DNA from: Lama glama
Taxonomy: Eukaryota
Assembly: GCA_028534125.1 (NCBI GenBank)
Contig: CM052817.1
Span: forward strand, 66,900,001-66,964,000
Reading direction: 5' to 3'
Length of the DNA stretch: 64,000 bases
Under the pieces are notes generated by a model, which was not told the origin of the DNA, did not search any database, and saw only the letters and a program-made list of their open reading frames with translations. Below are positions 1 through 12,660 of this stretch, one piece after another; position 1 is the stretch's first letter, and every line of letters begins with the position of its first letter. A program made the translations under genes and the position numbers.

Positions 1-416
1 ATCATATTATTTTCCTAGGTGTTTGAGCTTCTTACCACCAGTTTTTCCCCACAATGTACAGATTATCAAACACATTAGAGTCATTTTAGTATGATTATTT
101 CATAAGGAATAGCTGAGACTGGATTCTTCACTCTTCCAATTAGCATATCACCTAAACAAGTTTTAAAGTCTATTTTTATTATCTTTTATAGAGGCTGAAA
201 TTCCCAAAAGTATCCACTGAAAACTCGTATTTTTAATGCCATCTATTATTAGTTTTCCTTTCCACTCTAGTACTAGACCACTTTCCTTTACCACTGACTT
301 TTTTTTTTCCTGATATAATTGAAGGGGTCTTTTCTATTTACTTTGATGTCTTTTGCAAAATAGAATTTTTTGACATAATTTTTCTTTACTTACTCTCAAT
401 AAGTAAGCTTTTCCTT

Positions 417-1063
417 TGAAACAGAGCAGGACCCTGCAGAGCCTTCCCACGGACAGACCTTTTACTTCTCCTCAGACCTTTTACTTCTCCTCATGTCTCC
501 CACTCTTATTTATAAAAAAGCTTTTGCCTCCTAGGCCTTCCCTGAGTTCCAAAGAGCAGATTTAATCAGAGAAGAGAGATAATGTAGAAACAAAGGAAAA
601 CAGTCAAGCAAGACAAAATAATAATAGTGTAGTCATAAGAGAAAGTCAAGGATCTTTAGTTCCTTCTCAAAGGCTACAGATAATATCCTGAGCCATATCC
701 TTGGGTTTTTTTTCAGAAACTAAAACCCCCACCAGATGGAAGAAGCTAACTGCACGCTGACCAGTAGCACACAGACCCCAGACTGTTTGGAACCAGAAGA
801 CCAACATTGTTAACTTTAGAAATGCCACCTTGTTACGTCACCACCAACCAATCAGAGAATTGTGCATGAGATAATCGCACAACCTGTGACCTTCACCCTT
901 ACACTGTCTTAAAAAACACTCCCCTGAAAGCCATTGGGGAATTTGGGTCTTTTGAGTATGAGTCGCCTGTTCTCCTTGCTGACCCTGCATTAAATGCTGT
1001 GCTTTCCTTCACCACAACCTGGTGTCAGTAGATTGGTGTTGCTGTGCATCAGGTTTGGTAACA
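417..1063 (+). mobile_element. Solo endogenous-retrovirus LTR (ERV1-like), antisense to TACR3
   Basis: TG...CA termini (TGAAACAGAG...GGTAACA), flanks TCCTT/TCATT (near-perfect 5-bp TSD), CCAAT at 848-852, TATA-like TTAAAAA near 909, ATTAAA at 989-994. Confidence 0.8.
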
Positions 1064-2539
1064 TCATTTTGCAGTTGTTCTCTGTATCCTGTTTAATTCT
1101 TCCTTTTGTTAGCATTTTATTAAGCTCTATTTCTGGATCCTTATGTGCTTCTATACATTTAAAAATTTTGGTAAAAAGACAGTGCAGCCTTCAGCTATTT
1201 ACTTAATTATATTAACTGTGCAAAGAATATTTGCCTGAAGTGACATGGATTTTACTGTTCTCCAGTTTGCTTCTGTCCGCAGTGTACACTGCTTTGGTGT
1301 AAATCCCACCTATAAAATGCTTTCTGGCTATTATCTGTGCAAAATAAATATTAGTTGCAGTAGCTCATGAGCCAAAAATCTTCAACTCAATGCTAGATCA
1401 TTTTCTGCTTTGACAGATCACTAGAGAGAAATACAATCTTTTTTGAAATTGCATTTTCTCAAATTTTATTTTGTACTTTTTCATAAATGCTTTAAACATA
1501 CTTAAGGTTGAGCCAATTAATTGTTTGTAAATATTACCTAAATTTCTAAGTGAATAAGCATTTATTAAAATAAACACATACATATACATATATATATTCA
1601 TAAGTATGTACACATATAATAGGAACTTCAAAATATTACCCCTCAAGAAACAAATCACTTGTTCATTTACTCTGATTTCTTTATTTATATAAGTAAAATT
1701 TATACACTAGCATTTGAGGGAAATTATATTAAAAAATAAAGCATCAGAATAGTAAAACTATTTGATTTTCATTGCATATTCTTTCAGTTTAAATTTAGCA
1801 ATTAGATTTATCTATTCATTTATTTTCTGAATATCAGCTATTTATTTCCAACTACTTCTTGAATGCTAACTTTTTCCAGGATTGTATTACATTCTTTGAT
1901 CATATTGATGAACAAAGTAGATATGATTCCTACTCTTGTGGAGTTTAGAGTGTAACACAGAAGAAATACATAATTCAAATAGTTACAAAATACATAAGAA
2001 ATTATTACCTAAATGTTGCTTGGGATAGCATTGCCTCTTGGATTTTGTTAAACTTTCATTGGATCTTTAGTATAATGGTCTGTGTGAGTTCAGTGCCCTC
2101 TCGCATCATTTCTAAAAATTTCCAACCGGACCTAGTTGGTATTCTCTGTTTCCATTTTTGAATCTCTATAAAATATACTCATTTTACCTAGTGTGAACCT
2201 GAATGCAAAGTTGTATTGTTATATGACTTCCACAAAATATCCAATTGTATAAAACATTTCAGATTTCAAAATTTTATTGTGTTTAGGAGTTTACGGGAGG
2301 GGAGAATACACCACCATTATTCATCATGATGGTTCCAAACTCAACTTTCTTCTCTTTGTTATACTCCACTTTATATTCTGCAATTTCCAAAGACCCTATA
2401 TGCAACATAGGTGATCCTATCATTTATATTCCCTTGAGAAGGTTGGCCCAGTCCCCCATTTCCTCATTAGACTGGTCTGTCTAGCCCAATCCTTTGGTAA
2501 TTCTGCTGAATAAAACTGTCCCCACTGTGTACACTTTGA

Positions 2540-2850
2540 TCTTATGAAGTCATGTACTAGTGATTGTAAAACATAAAATAGGGAATTTGACCTAATCTGG
2601 GGTATAGGCCAGAATGATGGTAGATATGTTAGGTATGTCTTCCCTTAGGAAGTAACATCAAATCAGAAGGATAAATGGGGGTTAATCAGAGTGAAGGTGG
2701 GATGAGAATAGAAAGTAGAACAATGAGTCCTGAGGTTGGAGAAAGCATGAGATACTTGAACTAAGGAAGGCCAGCTTCCCTGTAGCACAGAAAGAGAAAA
2801 GCAGAGGTGTTAAATGAAGCTGGAGGTGTAGGTATTAAGCATGACTTCAC
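2540..2850 (-). mobile_element. Degenerate LINE-2 fragment
   Basis: Purine-rich L2-like motifs (tgacctaatctgggg, cttccc..aggaagtaacat, gaactaaggaaggccag); a further L2 tail-like piece lies near 1850-1960. Confidence 0.5.
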
Positions 2851-3989
2851 TAATACAATATATTCAATATACATTTAGATTTTCTTTTTAACAATTAAAG
2901 CAATAATTGCTAATCTCTGTTAAATATTTATTATATACCAGACACTATTCTAAAAGCTTTGTATATAATATATAATTATATTAGATTGTATAATATAATG
3001 ATCTTTATATTCTAATTATTTATAGTCATTAAAACTATACCAAACATTTATAAAATGATTATATCAAAATGCTACTTCATTAGTGATCATTACATGAAAC
3101 AGTTTCTCCTTAAAATTTCAGATACAGATTTAGAAATGATTTTCTATATCAATATAAAACTTACTGCTAAAAATTATTTTCTGCTACTTATACTATCTCT
3201 CGTAATAGATAATTTAAAAATCAGAACATAATAGATTATTTCATCCATGAAATATAAAATTCTAAATCAATTTTTTGAAGTCTAATTACTAACATTTTGT
3301 GTCACCTTTATATTGTCTCAGAAAATTAATAGGAAGGTATTTTAGATAACCACTTTTAAATAAATCACTTCAAAACACCAATTGCACAAAGTCACTCTTA
3401 TGTTATCAACCATGTATTAAAAACAACTTTGTTAAGATCTTAATTTCCTATGAAAATACTTTTGAACTCTTGGCAGGTTATTTTTGTGGAAGAAATGCCT
3501 TCATTGAAATATATTTGAAGTTGAATTCATGTATAAATATTTTCAGTATTCAACATTTTATAGAGATGACACAAGATACTATACATAATAGTGTATAGTA
3601 TATGTAACTATATATGATCTTCTATTTATACTATAAGGTAATATGCTTCCTAAAATGCATACAGAGACCTTTTTCAGGGCAATAGAAGAGACATTTAATC
3701 AGTTTTATTTCATTTTATAAATGGAAGAAGTTTTTGATGAGCAGAGAATTCAAACAGTTGTCCAAAAGTGGAGGAGTTAGAAGAGTAAGAGCTAAAGAAA
3801 CTCCCAAGTGGGAGTAATCTAAGGGTAAAGGAGGTAAAAATTTTTAATGAGAAAAGACTCAAGACACTTGCTGGCTCTAGTCAAATATATGAAGAAATGT
3901 AGTGTAGAACAGGCATTAGAACAGTTTTAGCTCACCCTAAGGGGTAGAGCTAAGACTACAGTTTCTGGAGAAAGATGAGTTACAACTCG

Positions 3990-4175
3990 CCAAGGGCATA
4001 ATGGGTTATCTCCAGTGGTATGGAGGTTTTTGTTTTTCTTTTGGTCTCTGTTGTTGAAAGTACTCAAGGATAGAATGAGTGACCATTTATTGAGTGAATT
4101 AAAGGACTATAAACTTCCAGATGAGTAGCTGAAATAGATGAAAGTAAGCTCCCTCACAGCTTTGAGGTTCTAATT
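3990..4175 (+). mobile_element. Possible CR1/L3 LINE 3' end
   Basis: Resembles the recalled L3 terminus (tggaggt...tcaag...gaccat...tagatga...ccct..cagctttgaggttcta); highly diverged. Confidence 0.4.
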
Positions 4176-4729
4176 TAAATCAGAGGTAGATTGTCAGAAA
4201 GCTAATTATAGTTCCAGGCCCTTGTGTTCAGGGTTATGACAAGAAGCAGATTGATGGAGACAAGTAGTGTTGGAAATTGTGTATGTTCAAAGTAACTGTT
4301 ATTACTTTGCATAACTTGCGGAGTACTACAAGTATAACTCATACATCAAATTGTATGGAACCAAAATTTCCTTCTATTTATTAGCTGCTTCTTATGATTA
4401 TTTAGCTTCTCTTTTTATATGCCTTCTAAGCATATGATTGAATAAAGCTACATATTATAATTAGCACTACAAGTCAACAGACTTTTTTCTTAACCAATAG
4501 CAACATTAAGAGTGCTATGGGAATGAATGAAAATGATTTTATATCTACTCTCCTACAGTATGAATGACTATAGAAGAAACATGAATATTTCTATATATAT
4601 ATGAAAATACGTTTATGTTTCATTAATAGTTTTCATTCTTGGTAAAGTAATACTTTTTGCATATGCTCATTGTAAGTATTATTCATATGTACACAGGAGT
4701 TATTCTGAATCTCTTCCTTTTGCTCATTT

Positions 4730-5900
4730 CCTTTGCACAATCATACATCTTATCAGTCTAATTTCTTACATCACCAAATGTGTTCTTTCCCTCCCTTCCA
4801 ACTATCAATGCTTGGACTATTGAAACATTATCTTTATGGGCTTCCCTGCTGTTACTTTTTCCCAGCTTTTTTCATAATGTCTTCAAAGGGATCTTTCTAA
4901 AACTTTTCACTGTTTCTTCACTTCTGACAGGATTAACTGCAATTCTACAGACTCTTTACTACAGTGACACTACATGTCTTATCTCTTCCCCAAATTTACT
5001 ATATTGTATCAGTCAGAGCTCCAGGAAAAACAGATAACAGACTGGAATGGGAAAACTGAGGGGAGTTTAATAAAGAGGCCGTTTACAAAATTTAATAAAG
5101 AAGCCATTTACAAACCACATTTTATGATTGAGATGAAAGGAAATCAGCTTGAAATGAATGTTCCCAGGACTAACAGTAACAAGGAGTAGGTGTCCCCCTT
5201 GCTTCAGGCCTGGAGGACGAAAGGATCCCATAGTCTGAAGTGAAGAGATGGAGGCTTAGCAAGGAGCACTTCATAAGAGATGTGTGTACAGCTGGAGACT
5301 AAGCAATCCTGAAAGGCAGGGCAGGAGAGGTAGAGATAGCCCCAGAGTCACTCTCCTCCCTTCCTCCCATCCCCTTCAGGGGCTCCCATTAGCTCTGGCT
5401 CCAAGAAGAGGCCAGAGAACAAGGGACCCTCTTGATACAGTCAGTCCATAGTTAGCCTAATGGGAAGGGGGCAGAAAAAAGAGTGGATGGAATTGATGGT
5501 GAGTAGATCTGAACTGAAAAAAACAAATTATCCAGCTCAAATATCTGTTAATGATTTCATGTTTTTTACATGCTAGTTTCCTTGCTGGAATGATTTTTCT
5601 CTTGCTCATATGTTATTCTGAAGTTCTATGACTGGAAAACTTTTACCTAATCTTTAACTTCCATTCAGGTTACAGAACGATCACTCTAGGTTCCTTCCCT
5701 TCTTTCTGTCCAGAATTAGTTTTTACCTATTCAGTACTGCAACAGCATTATGCTCATACTTTGATTTTAGCTCATTGAAGATTTGATTTATTCTTCTCTG
5801 TATTCTGTAGCACCTAACAAAGTATCTGTAGTAGTCAACATGATTGTAGAATAGTGACTGCAAATGGTTGTTGAATATTTGGACACGTGGATGAGTGAAG
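4730..5900 (+). mobile_element. LINE-2 3' region interrupted by an MLT1 LTR
   Basis: L2 motifs on both sides of the LTR (agggatctttctaaaac; gtagcacctaacaaagtatctg...aaatggttgttgaat). Confidence 0.55.
5005..5539 (-). mobile_element. MLT1 (ERVL-MaLR) solo LTR, old subfamily
   Basis: Begins TGTATCAGTCAG and ends TATCCAGCTCA; flanks TATAT/AATAT fit a 5-bp TSD with one mismatch. Confidence 0.7.
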
Positions 5901-6519
5901 AGTTGTTTATAAATGGAAACTTGAGTGTGTGCACAATTTTTAAAAGAAATTGTTTTCTTAACTTTGCTAAATGGGAATAATAAACATAACATATAAAATG
6001 ATTATGAGGTAAAAATGACATTAAATAACACAGTGTACTCACGGAGACTTTATGTCAGACACAATATACACATAACCTAGATCATCATAAATTATGTTGA
6101 AAAAATGAAACACTTGATACCAAAAAAAAAAAAGCTATTGTGGAAAGCTTGAGACAAAAACAAACAAAAAAAACTTATTTAAAGTGATTCTTAGGTAGTT
6201 ATGATTAGAGTGGAAAGAAAAATGAATTCATTCCAAAATTCTGATCTAAGGATTAAAAAACTTGATATCATCCCTAGCTCTTCCACAGAAACCTATTCCA
6301 TCAGAGTAGTGCATTATAGGTTATTTCTCTTCTAAATCTCTCCTTTTAAAACAATTTCCTCCATGGAAAGTAATGAGGTCTTCTATGCAACATCAAACAG
6401 GGCAACTAGCGCTCAATGGTTCAATGATTAAATGGAAATCTTCAATGTTATAGTTGTAGATTCTGTAAGTCCTTTGGATGCACTAGGAATCTCCACACTT
6501 TGTTCACTGCTAAAAAGAA

Positions 6520-7022
6520 ATTTGGTATCAAACCACGAAAACACATAGAGAAACCTTAAATCCATGTTACTAAATGAAGGAAGTCAATCTGAAAAGGCTA
6601 CATACTCTCTGATTCCAATTATGTGATACTCTGGAAAAGGCAAAACTATGGAGACAGTAAAAAGATAAATATTTGCTAGAGATTGAGAGAAGTAGGGTTG
6701 AATAGGCAAAGCACAGAGGATTTTTAGGGCAGTAAAAATATGCTGGATGATATCATAATGATGGATACCTGTCCTACACATTTGCCCAAATGCATAAAAT
6801 GTACGACACTGTGAGTGAAGCCTAATGTAAGCTGTGGACTTTGGGTGATTATGAGCCAGCATAGGTTCATCAGTGGTAACAAAGTACCACTTTGGTGGGA
6901 GATGTTGATAATAGGGGAGGCTGTGCATATGTAGGTGCAGAGGATATATGGGAAATCTGTACCTTTCCCTCAATTTTGCTGTTGACAAAATATTTCTCTA
7001 AAAGTAAACTCTTAGAAAAAAA
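6520..7022 (+). mobile_element. Ancient L1 3' end (L1MC1/2-like)
   Basis: gaaggaagtcaatctgaaaaggctacatac...ggaaaaggcaaaactatggagacagtaaaaagat...gcacagaggatttttagggcagt...; A-rich end. Confidence 0.85.
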
Positions 7023-7024
7023 TA

Positions 7025-7812
7025 TAAAGGTATCATGAGTAGTTTGAATAGTGTTTACCTTCTTCGTTCTTATAACTTTAAGAGCCAGCATCTTTTCTAT
7101 GCCTTGGAAGAGTGTCATACTCTTTTGGACGTTTGAATCATCTTCCAACATTTTATCCTTGAACTTTAAAGTGGTGAGATATGTCTGAGAGTTTTTTTTT
7201 TATGTGAATATTTTTGCCGACGTCACCTCCTCTGGGACATCGCCATCATTTGTCACTATCACTTTCCTCATTTATGCTAATAAATTCACCTTTACTCATT
7301 TTCCTCTGCCTACATATTTAGAGTCCCTTGTAAAGTGACTGTGAACGTTCCCTTGTTTAGCTCTTCTTCTTTGTCTCCATCTATACTGGATGTGAATTTC
7401 ACTTTCAGTGTTATCATTTTTTATTTCTTCACTATACTTTCATCTTTGTTGGCAAGTCCTTCTTTTGATTAGAAATTTTTGTAAGATGTCATTTGAGCTT
7501 ATCACTGAAAGACAATGCGGCAATGCAACCATGTGCTTTGCTGTCTGTGTGTGAACTGACTAACAGATAATCAGTGAGCAATCAGTAACCGATTTTGAAA
7601 AATAGGAATATGATTGTCACTGATTATGAAGTACATCTGTTATTTGTAGAATGATTCGTGGACTGCGGAGCTAGCAGCTAAATTTTTACTTTATGTAAGT
7701 ATTCACAGTTAATATGACATGGTAACTGAACTTTGAGCCATGCTGTTGAGGGGACTGGTGTTATGTAACTAAATAATGTTAGCAACTGAAATTTGTGCAA
7801 AACAAGAAATGC
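7025..7812 (-). mobile_element. Tigger (TcMar) non-autonomous DNA transposon, Tigger13a-like
   Basis: The reverse complement matches the recalled Tigger13a start (gcacaaatttcagtt...aacaccagtcccc.caaca) and its transposase remnant (ccaacaaagatgaaagt...gataacactgaaagtgaaattc). Confidence 0.75.
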
Positions 7813-8694
7813 ATATATAGAATTGTGCATGTATAGAATTGGTTATTGTGTGTGTGTTCTTCAGCACATGTGTTTTATTTTTGAGCTGCTAAAACTTTAA
7901 AACGGTATCCTTTTATATGTTTCTAAGGAAGCCTGTTTCACTCCTGCTCATTAAAGATATTCTCAGCAATGGTTTTGTGACTGGTGAATGGGGACTGTCA
8001 GTAATTTCTTACATAGAAGAGCTTTTTAATCTATTATTAAAAGTAATATTATTACACTAGTTTTGTTTAATTCTGAAATAACATAGTCTTCAACATGAAA
8101 TTTAGGTTATGTACATCTTTGTTGCAGAGTTATTGAAATATTTTTATTTAAGGAGTAAACATTTCAAGCTAATGAAAACATGATACAAGTTTAAGAGTTT
8201 TGATTTACTTCCCATCATGCAGTTATCTTATTGGAAAAAAACTGCCTTCATATCCATATAATTTGAAGATATAAAAAAATCCATACATATAGTACTGTGA
8301 CATCTTTTAATTCAATAAGTTTATTTACTCAGAAATTCTGAATTGTGACTAATAGTACTTATTCAACATAAGCACTCAATTTGTGAGTATTTTAATTTCT
8401 TCAAAATTGTTCCCTATACTCATTTGGAAATCTCCAAATCTTTTTCTTGTAATCATCTGTAAGGTGATTCAGCTTAATATGATAATCACATATTAGGTTG
8501 TATAGAATATTTTAAATGTTTTGTTTTTACTTAAAATAGTAACTACTCATAGCCAATTTATTAGGAGATATTTTCTATTCCTGTGTAAAATAAAGAACTT
8601 TAAAAATGCTTCTACATTTCTATGCTTTTCTGCTCTATCACTGTAAATGTGCTTTCCCCTGCTATGTGTTCTCATAGTTACCATAGACTCTACT

Positions 8695-9560
8695 TATTAT
8701 TCATTTACTCAGTTGAGGCACAGGTCTAGCCTTGTCCTCGTGGAACTTACAGTCCAGTAGCAAAAAACAATAAATAAACATTACAGATGAACTAATTATG
8801 TAATATTTTAGAAGGTTATATATGTCATAAAGAAAAAAAATTAAAGCAGTTTTAAATAGAGTATTCAGGGTTCAGAGGTAGTACAGGTAATGAACAATGC
8901 TGCTTATATGAAGGAAGAGTGTTTCACACAGACTGCAAAATCCCAAGATGGAAACATACTTAGTATCTGATGGTGGAGCAGAGCAGGTTGGAGCAGGGCG
9001 GTGGAGAGGTGAGTAGTAGAAGATAATGTCAGAAAGTTACAAAGGACCAGCTACGATAAACTGTAAGAACTTTAATTTCTATCCTGAGAGAACTGGGGAG
9101 CCACTGGAGGATTTGTAGAGGGGTTATAAGATTTGACTCATTACAGGATCACTCTACTTGTTGCACTGAGAACAAACCAAAGGGGAACAAGAGTAGGGGT
9201 AGGGAAACCAGTTAGATGAGAAATGATACTGACTTGGATGAGGGAGGCAACAATAGACATCTTAAAGAGTGATTAGAGTCTACATATATTTTGAAAGTAG
9301 AGGTGATTAGATTTGCTGATTGATTGGATATAGAGTATGAAAGAAGAGATGAGCTGAGACTACTTCCAAGAGTTCTGACCTAAGGTTCAGATTTTGACCT
9401 CAGAAGATAGAAGGAGGAGTAAGTTTTGGAGGAATGGCAGGAACTTAGTTTGGAACGTGTAAATTCTGAGATGCTTATTAGACATTCAAATGGTGAAGTC
9501 CAACAGGTTGTTGGATTTGGGACTCTGAAATACAGCTGAGGGGGTTCAAGTGGAGCTATT
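8695..9560 (-). mobile_element. LINE-2 (L2a/b-like) fragment
   Basis: cctcgtggaacttacagtccagtag; gggagccactggagg; aggatcactct; atatattttgaaagtagag; gagatgcttattagacattcaaatgg. Confidence 0.8.
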
Positions 9561-9690
9561 AATTACAGTTTCTTTAGAGTATGGGACATATTTATTTTGC
9601 TTATTCCCATGTATAAAAATAGCTTTACAATGTTTGTTTAGTACTTAGAAGGTACTCAAGAAGTATCTGTGGAGTGAATGACTACAAATA

Positions 9691-9913
9691 TAGTGTAGTA
9701 CGCTGGTAAATGTCTAATCACAAACACTCTGAAGGGAAAAAAAAATACAGAAACAAAACAAAACTGATTTCTAGCATTTGCACATTTCTGAGGTGTAAAT
9801 ACTCCTACCATGATTTCAAGCTACCAAAGGTAACATCACTGAACGCAAAGTTGGGAAGAAATGTGCACGTTAATTCCTTCTAGCCAGTATAAACCAGCTC
9901 CAGAACAGAACTG
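9691..9913 (-). mobile_element. MER63A-like hAT-Blackjack MITE
   Basis: gctggtaaatgt...ggtgtaaatactcctaccatgatttcaagctacc...catcactgaacgc..gttgggaaga..tgtgcac...ccagctccag matches the reverse of the recalled MER63A consensus. Confidence 0.8.
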
Positions 9914-10444
9914 GAACCCTCTTATTGCTTAGATAGAATCAGATAACACATTTTTCTTACTTACAGGTGTGTGTAAAAGAAAAATTAAATAACCTTGATA
10001 CTTGGGCAGATTTGAAGGAAAAAAAATTCATTGATGAAAATATAAGCTCAAACTAGGGGACTTAAGCAAATATTTTAAAACCTTTGTCATATACCAGACT
10101 AAATAATAGAAACCCTGAGCTGATTTATCCCTGTACCTTTAGGCAGTATTCTAAATTACTCCACACAGGTGAGATAGCTTTATATGGTTCCTGGATAAAA
10201 GATTTCACAGTTTGCAAAATTATTCATTGTAATATTAACAGTTCTCTCTTGCCAAAGATGTCTTCATGATTTATAAGTTAGCCTAGGTAGTGTGTTTTAA
10301 AATGTTGCCACAAAGCATCTATTAAAAATATCTATACAAATTTAAGCAAGTTGTTCTTTTTTGGAGTCCAAACTCTCTGGCATATATAGCAGAATGATTA
10401 TTAGGTCTTTAAACAGTATTTGTTTAACTAATTAATACTTTAAA

Positions 10445-10568
10445 ATTTTTACTGTGGTAAAATATATCAAATATAAAATTTACCACTGTAACTATTTTTA
10501 AGTGTATAGTTAAGTAGTACATTCACATTGTTGTGCAATCATGACCATCATCCCTCTCCAGAATTTTA
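10445..10568 (-). mobile_element. Short ancient L1 (L1MB-like) 3' terminus
   Basis: tgtggtaaaatata...ataaaatttacca...tttttaagtgtatagtt...tacattcacattgttgtgcaa...ctccagaatttt. Confidence 0.75.
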
Positions 10569-11237
10569 ATTAATTAATAACGTGTTTTGTTTTATGTAAA
10601 AGAAGTGCATTTTGTTGTAGTTAATTAAAAAAGGAAAAGTATAAAGGAAAACAAAATTACCCAAAGTCTCACCATTCACAGCAAATCAAATTTGTATCTA
10701 ACTTATTGCACATGTAGAATTACATCAAACTGTCCCAATCCATAGTCAAAAAATTCCTCATGTGTTAGAGATCCTGCTGAGTCTAAAATGGGATTCATGC
10801 TCTGACTGTGTCCAATGAAGTGGTGGGCTGCAAACCCCACCATTTTGCAGCATTTATTTAATGTACCAGTGAGAAGGCCTCAATAAATATGATTTATGCT
10901 CAAAGCAATGATGCATAGGGAAGAAGAGGTAGGGCCAGTTCCTCATCCTGGACGTTTGGTTTAGAGCTGAGCCTCAGGGAAAAAGTGTTGCAAGTAGGAA
11001 ATGAAGGAATGCTGGTCATTAAGAAATTGTTAGTGGAGCAAAGATTAGGGACAGGATTTTTGTTCTAAATTCTATATGGAACACAAGTAGACATCATGGG
11101 AACTTCAGGCAGAGGGTAAAGTTTGTAATTTATGAGTTTTGCAGATTTGGATGCAGTATGTCCAAAACAGCCATCTGGAGAAAGACGTGGCTTCTTCCAG
11201 AGAAACTGTCATGCTCTGTACCGAAGTGTTGACGTTG

Positions 11238-11240
<3 letters not shown>

Positions 11241-11278
<38 letters not shown>
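11241..11278. repeat. (CT)19 microsatellite
   Basis: Direct reading. Confidence 0.97.
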
Positions 11279-11284
<6 letters not shown>

Positions 11285-11690
11285 TTCTTCTTTTGGGGGT
11301 GGAGGGGGCAGGATAGGGTGGGCAGGATGGAAGTGCTAAAGAGGACTACTGATAAACTCTCATCAGACCTTCCTAGGGACTCTTTGCAGTAACTGGAGAC
11401 TAGCAAGAAATAGATTACAAGCAAAGGTTATGGACTGAAAAAATTTAGATATGTATGTTAATGTTAGCGCATTTTCCTAGAGACTTGAGAGAATTGATAC
11501 TGTATTCAAATGTGATTTTTAAATTTCTACATAGAATTTTATTCTTAGATGACCCATCATTTATTTGTTCATTTTTTTAAATTGGAATTTTTAGTTGTTT
11601 TCAGTTCTTTGAATTTTGTTTTGAAAAATATTTTTGAATATATTGGCAAATTGCACCCCTGAAAGATTTTTGACAATATATACCCAACTG

Positions 11691-11765
11691 TTAGGTTAAA
11701 CCACATGAAATGTTTATTGACATTTTAAACTATAAAAATTGGCCATTTCATATAGTTCAATCTAA
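11691..11765. mobile_element. MADE2-like mariner MITE (palindromic), nested in an old L1ME-like fragment (about 11500-11860)
   Basis: Imperfect TIRs TTAGGTTAAACCACATGAAAT ... ATTTCATATAGTTCAATCTAA; about 75 bp. Confidence 0.8.
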
Positions 11766-11879
11766 AAGTGTGTGTAAAAATGCCATTTATTACATACTTA
11801 GCAATCTCTGCCAATTTTAACAGAAAAAAGTTATCTCATCACTTTAATTTTTATTTATTTGATGACTTTTGTTCAGCAG

Positions 11880-12660
11880 TCTGGATTGTGCACTTATCAT
11901 GTACAAACCAGCATGAGAGGCATAGGATGCAAAGAGGACTAAGAACAGAACTGAACTTGTCTTCATGATGTTTACAAGCTTATTAGGGGAGATTATTAAT
12001 CACATATTCTTAAATATAAATGCAAAATTTAATATGTAAAAATGCTATGACTAATATGTACTAAGAGAACCTTTAAAGGGACATTTAAATTGGGAGGCTT
12101 ATGGAAGGTTTCTCTTTGAAAGTGACATTTGAGCTGTTATCTAATGAGGAGTACATTCAGCTGACGAGGAATTGGTAGAAGGGAATTTGAAATAGAAGGA
12201 AAATCGTGTTTAATTAAGGCTTTATGACAAAAAGATAGCATCGTAAATTTTGGGACTTGAAAGAGGATCAGAATGGCTAGAACATAGATTAGGACAGTTG
12301 AGTTATGGTATCAGTTGAAGTTGGACAGGTCATGGGATCAGGCTATACAAGGCACTACTGTCTGGGGTAAGAATATTCTTCTCATAAGAACTTGGGAAAA
12401 CATTACAGCATTCTAAGAAAGGGTGCAGAAACATGTTCTTATGTATGTTTAGATGGATTACATATGCTAGGGTGGATTAAGACTGGATGTGAGGGGGCCA
12501 GTTAGGAGACTTTTTCAGTAGACCAGGAAAGATGTGATGGTAGCTTGTATTAGGGAAGTGGGGGTAGTGATAGAAAGAAAGTAACAGATTTGGGAGCTAT
12601 TTGCAGTCAAATGCTCTACCACTGAACTATACCCCCAGATTTGGGAGCTATTTGAACAAC
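11880..12660 (-). mobile_element. LINE-2 fragment (host of the tRNA-half insertion)
   Basis: ggaaggtttctctttgaaagtgacatttgagctg; ggggccagttaggagact...cagtagaccagg..agatg.atggtagcttg. Confidence 0.7.
12602..12636 (-). pseudogene. Retroposed 5' half of tRNA-Cys(GCA), tailless retropseudogene
   Basis: The minus strand reads GGGGGTATAGTTCAGTGGTAGAGCATTTGACTGCA, which is nt 1-35 of mammalian tRNA-Cys with one mismatch, ending at the anticodon. It is flanked by the perfect direct repeat AGATTTGGGAGCTATTTG (12586-12603 and 12637-12654). Confidence 0.9.

Noticed and set aside
1269..1289. Possible REST/RE1 site (CTGTCCG..GTG)
   Set aside because: Only one half matches and the GCTGAA half is absent; I found no convincing RE1 near the promoter.
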